From: the human T2T-CHM13v2.0 reference genome, Homo sapiens
DNA length: 64,000 nucleotides
Direction: 5' to 3' (one strand)
Assembly: GCF_009914755.1 (NCBI RefSeq)
Contig: NC_060927.1
Shown piece after piece: positions 56,922 to 64,000 of the stretch. The position numbers and the translations under genes were made by a program. The notes under the pieces are model-generated. The model saw nothing but the letters and a program-made list of their open reading frames with translations, did no database searches and was not told the DNA's origin. Each line of letters starts with the position of its first letter. Positions within the stretch are counted from its first letter, which is position 1.

Positions 56922-57571
56922 CTCCTCAAATTTCGTTTTACCATGTGTAGAATTTCTATATGTGTGTGCAATGCTCAGTGGTAGGCCCTGCCTCCTGTTA
57001 TATAATTTTCTTACTTTATTCTTTTCCATAGAGAAGATGTATTAATTCCTATCTTTTGAGAAGCTAGAAAGACCCTGCTGTGGTTTTAATTTTTCTTGAA
57101 ATCAAATGGTGGTGACAGGTAACTTGATTTTACAGAATCGTTCTGTCTCCAAGATCTTCTCAGTAGCATTAAAAGAAATAGCACTTAGAAATTTGTATGG
57201 CCAATCCTTCACATGTATTTGTAAGTAGTATATATTTTTGATTTATCCTTGAACAAAATGTTAACCTGTTCTCAGCATTCTTATCTAATTCCTTAAATCA
57301 ATATCTTTTTCAATTTCACATCAGTTAGGAGCCCAGTGTCACCCTGATGTAGCACTACTATTCATTGTCTATTTAGTGCATTTCATAACGTAGGCACGTG
57401 CAAAGTCACGGGCATGTGATTACAGGCTAGGATATCTCTGTTTCAAACTTTACTACAGCTCTTATAAGCTTATGTGAATCGACAGTAAGTTAGTTAACAA
57501 CTGTGAACCTCAGTTTTCTTACCAAACTGTGTTTCGGTTTTTCAGTTTTCCTGTTTCTTAAATTGAAATAA

Positions 57572-57997
<426 letters not shown>

Positions 57998-59292
57998 TAA
58001 AGCTGCAGCAGACATTTTCTGTACATGTATCACTCTATGTCTGTGCCTGATGGTTTTTCCTTGCCTAATATCACAGGAGAATGCTCAGCTTATGGGGAAG
58101 GTATTCTGGAAAATAAAAGTATTTGATTGGATAGATAGTTCACATTTTCTGTTTGTTAGGGTGTAAATATTAAAGCATGGTTTATATAGTTCCCTAGAGA
58201 ATTTCCAATAAAATGAATCCTAATTTCTCATATCAGTAGCGTGCTTGTTAATGCACCCCTTATTATATTTTCCTCTTTCCTTGCCTTAATTGCCCACTGT
58301 TTTAGTTATATTACCTATTTTTACTTAACTCTGTGTCTTAGGGTCTACTTTGGTCAGAATCCAAACTAAAACATACTTTGTGAAAAGTGCATACGCTAGG
58401 GCCTGGCCCTGGCATTCTTCACCACGGTCAGTTTCCCAACTTACTTAGCTCTCCTTTGACATTATCAGTGTTTATCTGCTCTGTGTTCTATTTCTGGACC
58501 TCTAGAAGTGACTGTCTACTAATCCTCCTTCCCAAAAAAATTACGCTAAATTGCTGTTTTCTTAATATTTTTACATCTTTTCTCTGGGATATTTTTGCTT
58601 AAATAGATAATCATGAAATGAAAAGCCATAGGCCAAAAAAAAAAAAAAAATGAATCCCTATGATATTTTAGATACTTTGTGGCTAGTCAGTTGGGGAAAT
58701 AGTCTTAAATATGAATTCTTTCAAAATGTCTCTAAATAATCACAGGTAGGTAATGAACTATCCTAATTAACTTTATTTACATCAGTATGTCTTAAAATAA
58801 ATGAGTCATTAATAGCATAATGACATGGTGCCAACAATTCCAAATAAGTTTTATGTGATTCTCACATTGTATTTTGTATTTTCTTAAAGCATTTTGCACT
58901 AAAATGAAAGAGAATGAATTTTTGAATTTGCTTTACTCTTAGCAGATATGTATTTTACATGGTGCAACTTCACTTTCATAATTGGAATAAATCAAACTTC
59001 ATGGTAATGAAAATATATCTTGAACTTGACATAATCCTCCAAGCATCATTTCAATTTATTATGGATGCTTAAGACAAATGTAATTATCATTATTTTTATG
59101 TAAAAAATTATCAAAAAGGTTTGAGATTTCTCTTTCCTTTTGCATGGATTGGCAATTATAAGTAGTTAATTATAAGAAATATTTGGATAGATTTCCTTCA
59201 AAAAACTGTATGCAAATAAATAAAATGACATTTAAAAATATTATTACAGTCTTATAGTGCATAGTTCTTTAGATCCATTAGTCTGTAAGCAT

Positions 59293-59501
59293 CAGCAGTT
59301 AGCACTCCTGATACTTTGGACTAGATAATTATTTGTTGTGGGAGGTTGTGCTGTGCATTGTAGGATGTTTGGCAGCATCCTTAGTCTCTACCTACTGGAT
59401 GCCAGTAGCACCTCCTCACCAGTGATGACAGTCAAAAATATCTCCAAACATTTGCAAAATATTCCTTGAGGGATAAAATTATTTTGGATTGAGAGCCACT
59501 G
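59293..59501. mobile_element. MER20 (hAT-Charlie)
   Basis: GTGCATTGTAGGATGTTTGGCAGCATCC...GATGCCAGTAGCAC...TTGAGAGCCACTG. Confidence 0.88.
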
Positions 59502-61567
59502 ATGTATGTGTATATATATGTATGCATGTATGTATGTATGAACATATAAGTGTATATATATTCATCTGTGAGTGGTTAGCATAGGTCCCTGAACATGTTT
59601 ACTACATGCTTAAGGAGGAAGGGAAGAAAAGATTTACTAAAATTTACTATGATGCATGTTTCTGTTTTTACATTTAAATATTCAAATTCAATAATTGACA
59701 AGCATGTAATCCAGGCAATCTCTCAACAAAATAAAAATAGGCAGCAATGACTATATACACAGCCAGAGGTACTTGATCATGAACATTTTTTACTTAAGAT
59801 TTACAGCTATTTGTTGCCCTGACATCAATCTTTTCTTGTATCCCAGTCTAGTTGATCAAATGAAGGTCCTGCCCATCCTGGGCCTGGAATCTGCATCATC
59901 TATCAGAACCCTGAGTGCTTGAGGCTATCTTTTGTTTTCTAAATCTCACATCTTTTAGGGAAACAATTATTTCTCTATCTTTGGCTAGTTCCCTCACACT
60001 CTGCTGCCATGGCCAGCCATCAAAATATAAATTCCAATGCAACTTTCTGTTTCTAGTTGACTCTTTTAGTTAAAAATAATTCATTACATGATGTTATCAA
60101 CTCATGGTAATTAAGTTACATGATGAAGATCCGTGAAGGCAATATTTTTTTCAAAACCATTTAAATGGGTTAACAATACTGTTAGTATCAATCTAAACAG
60201 TAGGTATATGAAGCAAATAGCAGAAACTAAATTCCTTTAGTGACTCAAAAATTCCATATTTATTCCCCAATACAGTCATGGGAAGTCAAGTATCCTCTCT
60301 CTGGGAATGATGCATCTGGTAGAGAATGCAATAAAAAGGATTTGTTGAAGACTTCAGCTTGTCAGCTACTGCACTCCCAACTTGTCATTGTTCAAGTAGA
60401 AAGTCAAAGAGAAGTCTCAAGATATCACTTCATCAAGATAGATGAACACCACAATAATGAGAAGTATGAGAAGATGTTTAAAGCTACTTATGGAGTGTCT
60501 CCTCTGTTCCCATTACTAGAAGCAGGGCTCATTGGAAACAGGATTTTTGTTTGCTTTTACAATCACTTTTTTATAAATTTCTTTTACCTACTTATTAGAT
60601 GTGTAGATCTACTGCCTTTGTATTATCTTTTTTAGTTACATAAAGTTTAATCATAATCATCCTAGCAAAATAAGTTAGGGGAGGTGGAAGCTGCTGTCCA
60701 GTACAAGAGTTTTGGTTCTGCTCATTTAGCACAGTACACGATATCATTAACTAGAGATACTCATCTTCTGTTAGATCCCAAGAGAAGGTAATCCAAAACA
60801 AATGTAGGAAATCTCTACCCATGCCATAGCTCCAATCCCAACTTTTGTCTTTTTCCATTAAATCAACTGAAGTATACAGTAGTAACAATTTAGAACAAAA
60901 AGAATATTGCTTTCAATCTTAGAGGGCTCTCTTTAACTTTGCAGACAAAGACACTACCTAAATGAAATCTGAAATAAAACGCATAGTGCCACATGCATTT
61001 TCCATAGAAAAAATAATGAATGAAAGTTAGAACTTGGTGCTAACAGCATATCTGTTTGGCTACAACATGGATTAAGTTTGTTTCTGTGGTACTATTTTGA
61101 AACCAACCACCTCATATCTCATTGTTTCATATTTTATTATGGTAAATTAGCTTTATTAACTATTTTCTAAGTTTGAAATAACTGGCAGAATACACAAACA
61201 CTTAGAATACAATCTTCTTGAAACTTGACAGCACATAGCTCCTTTTTCTCTCTTTCTGTATCTTTCATTATATATTTATATTTTATAATGATAAATGTGT
61301 ATATGCAAGCAGCATGTAATACTAAATCAGATAAAAAATATTGGCATCAGATTAGATATTCTATAGTGTTGAAACTATATAAAAATATATTTTATGGCAG
61401 GTAGTTACAATATTATTAATACACTTTGGTGATAAAAAGGAAAAAAAAAGCTTTGCACAATATCATCTAAGCAACTGGTACCACATTGTTAAAAATGTGC
61501 TCAGAACACTTAATAAGAGTATATGCATTATATGAAATGTGAAATACGGTGATAAGCCCATGCTATA

Positions 61568-62022
61568 TGTGATGGATAATTTTATGTGTCAACCTGACTG
61601 GGCTAAAGTTTTTAGCCAAAATATTTGGTGAAATAGCATTTCTAGATATGTTTGTGTGGGTGATTTTGTATGAGATTAACATTTGAATCAGTAGATTAAG
61701 CAAAGCAGATTGACCTCCCCAGTGTAGGTGGACCTCATCCAATCAGTGGAAGACCTGAATAGAATAAAAGGCTGAGTAAGAAAGAATTATTTTTCCCTGC
61801 CTGACCATCTTCAATCTTGGATATTGATCTTCTTTTGTCTTCAGTCTCAAACTTGGACTAGAAACTTACACCATTACCGCCCATGGTTCACAGGCCTTTG
61901 GACTTGGACTGGAAATATATCATATACTCTCCTGGGTCTGCAGCTTGTCCATTGCAGATCATGGAACTTCTCTGTCTCCATAATCACATAAGCCAGTTCC
62001 TTCTAGGAAATCATGTATGCAT

Positions 62023-62071
<49 letters not shown>

Positions 62072-62181
62072 CATTAGATATAATATAACATATATTTTCA
62101 TATGAATATGTGTTTATTTAAATATAATACTGTATATAATAGTATAATTGTGTCTGTTTCTGGAGAACCCAGAATAATACA
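61568..62181 (+). mobile_element. MLT2B/D ERVL solo LTR containing (CA)n at about 62028-62069
   Basis: TGTGATGGATAATTTTATGTGTCAACCTGACTGGGCTAA start, GGAGAACCCAGAATAATACA end; TSD CTATA/CTATT. Confidence 0.88.
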
Positions 62182-62702
62182 CTATTTAACTTAAATTTTA
62201 TATTACTTTTTGTACAATTTCTAAAAAATAAATTTAAAAGTATTTCATATTTTTACTAGCAGTTTTACTGATTTGCAGTTTATCATTCTATGTAAAATTC
62301 AATATTAACTCAATTATTTTTTAGTCATTATCTAGAGATCAATTTCAAAAAGCCTCTCTTCTCCTCTATTAAATAAAAGCAATGCTAATGATATTCTGCC
62401 AGCTTCAAATTGACTGATTTATCACATCATTACACAGCCATCCTGCATCTGCACTTTGTTTGTGGAATACTATAGCTTGACAATAACAAATCACTATGCC
62501 CTCTGTTGTTGAGAATGTTAGAAGAAAGGCAACTCACACATGCAAAACCAAATGGTGCTGGAATGTTTAGATGCATTTGGCTTCTGCATTAGCTATTCAT
62601 CAGCCACACTTGTAATCATTTAGAATATTTTCATCTCGAAGATTTCAAATTCTGTCTCCTCACTCGTTCCTCTGTGTCTACTCTGCTTTGATTCTGTGAC
62701 AG

Positions 62703-63506
62703 TGAAACTGGAGAGCTCCCTTATCTCCCTAGCAGGATGTACTATAGGGGTGTGGCTCACTCCTTTGGTCACCCCACTGCCCTGAGGCTCAAACCTCTAG
62801 GGGGAGCATGCAGAGGGGCAGGTGCAGAGGCCCTGCAGAGTGCTTTTGGGCTCCAGCTCCACAGCAGCATCTACAAGTGGGTTTCTATGACTCCTGAAGC
62901 CCAAGCGGGCATGTGTTACAGTGTGTTATTTCAGCTTTGCTGTCTACAGACGGCTTGTGTTAATTAGCTCAGTAGATCTTCTGCCTTATCACAAGGGAAG
63001 GGGGATCAGTGTGACAGCCTGAGTTCTTGCCCAGTGTACTGGAAGAATCGGATCACACTTGGATTTGAAGGATGAGTACAAGGTTTTGTTGAGTGGTGGA
63101 AGTCGCTCTCAGCTAGATGGAGATGGATGGGGAGCTGGAAGCAGGAGATGGAGTGGGAAGGTGGTCTTCCCCTGGAATCCAGATGCCCACTGGTTAGACT
63201 CTTCTCCGCCCCTGGCTGAATTCCCTTCTGTGTGTCCAGACATCTTTCTCTTCTCTCTTTCTCTGTCATGCCACCCTGCCCCTCTGTTCCTCTGGATGTT
63301 CAGCTGCTTGTGTCTATGTCCGCTAAGGTCTTGGGTTAATATGGACACAGTATAGGGGATGTAGCAGGAAAAAGGTAATTCTTTGGGCCTGCGAACCGAA
63401 ATTCCTGACCTCACTTGGAGCCAGGGGTCTTCAGGCTTGAGGGTGGGGCTTTTGCCAGGGAACCACCGTCTTCTACCCAGAATTTCCCTGTCTTCTGTCC
63501 ATACCA
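62703..63506 (-). mobile_element. ERV1 solo LTR of the LTR1/LTR27/LTR28 group
   Basis: Minus strand starts TGGTATGGACAGAAGACAGGGAAATTCTGGGTAGAAG...CCCCACCCTCAAGCCTG and ends CCAGTTTCA; TSD ACAG/ATAG. Confidence 0.8.
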
Positions 63507-64000
63507 ATAGGTAGGCCTCAGAAATCAGTTCACCCACACAAAATACCTTGTTCTGATTGGTAGTGACCAGTGACTTTATATAAACAGATTTTTATATTCA
63601 CAGCCTATAAGTCGATCCTGTTGATTTATTCAAAATGCTGATGGTCAGAATAGCTAGAACTCCTAAAAAAGTTAGGAAACTCTGGCAAACTCCTCATTTT
63701 CTGATGCAAATTGTGGGTTTGTAGCAAAAATTAAACAAAAAAATCAAATAATTGTCTTTTGTAGGTTCAGAGAAATACTTCTTTTGCTTCTGTTTAATTT
63801 CAAGTTGCTGATATATACAAAATTCCCAGGGAAAATAAATATCAAATTGTGATATTTTCTTTAAATGATTGCAATTATAGAAAGTATATGATTGCTTTTG
63901 GTTTCAGAGAGTCCTAGAAAATATTCTAAGTATTCCATTAACTGAATCAAACTTGGATTTGGTAAGACTTTGTAAATGATACAATATTACCTCTATTTTT

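Noticed and set aside
60240-60635. 131-aa ORF in apparently unique sequence
   Set aside because: GTG start, no recognisable domain or splice structure; length compatible with chance

Overview
AT-rich, repeat-dense primate (hominoid, probably human) nuclear DNA, intergenic or deep intronic. I found no host protein-coding gene. The only real coding sequence is a young L1PA2-type LINE-1 ORF2 (1-3601) broken by a single nonsense change. Its poly(A) tail runs directly into an ancient mitochondrial insertion (NUMT, about 3601-4665, minus strand) containing the 5' three quarters of 12S rRNA, tRNA-Phe and control region up to CSB-III, with bases closer to generic mammalian mtDNA than to modern human mtDNA. 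The rest is a layered transposon record: a full THE1 provirus with a perfect TSD, solo LTR12C, THE1C/D, LTR1/28-type, MLT1 and MLT2 LTRs, HAL1, older L1s (two with twin-priming inversions), Alus, MIRs, Charlie1/MER33/MER20 DNA transposons and microsatellites. I see no convincing new biological system. The most interesting items are the L1-NUMT junction and several insertion and rearrangement signatures. Subfamily calls come from recalled consensus sequences, not database searches.
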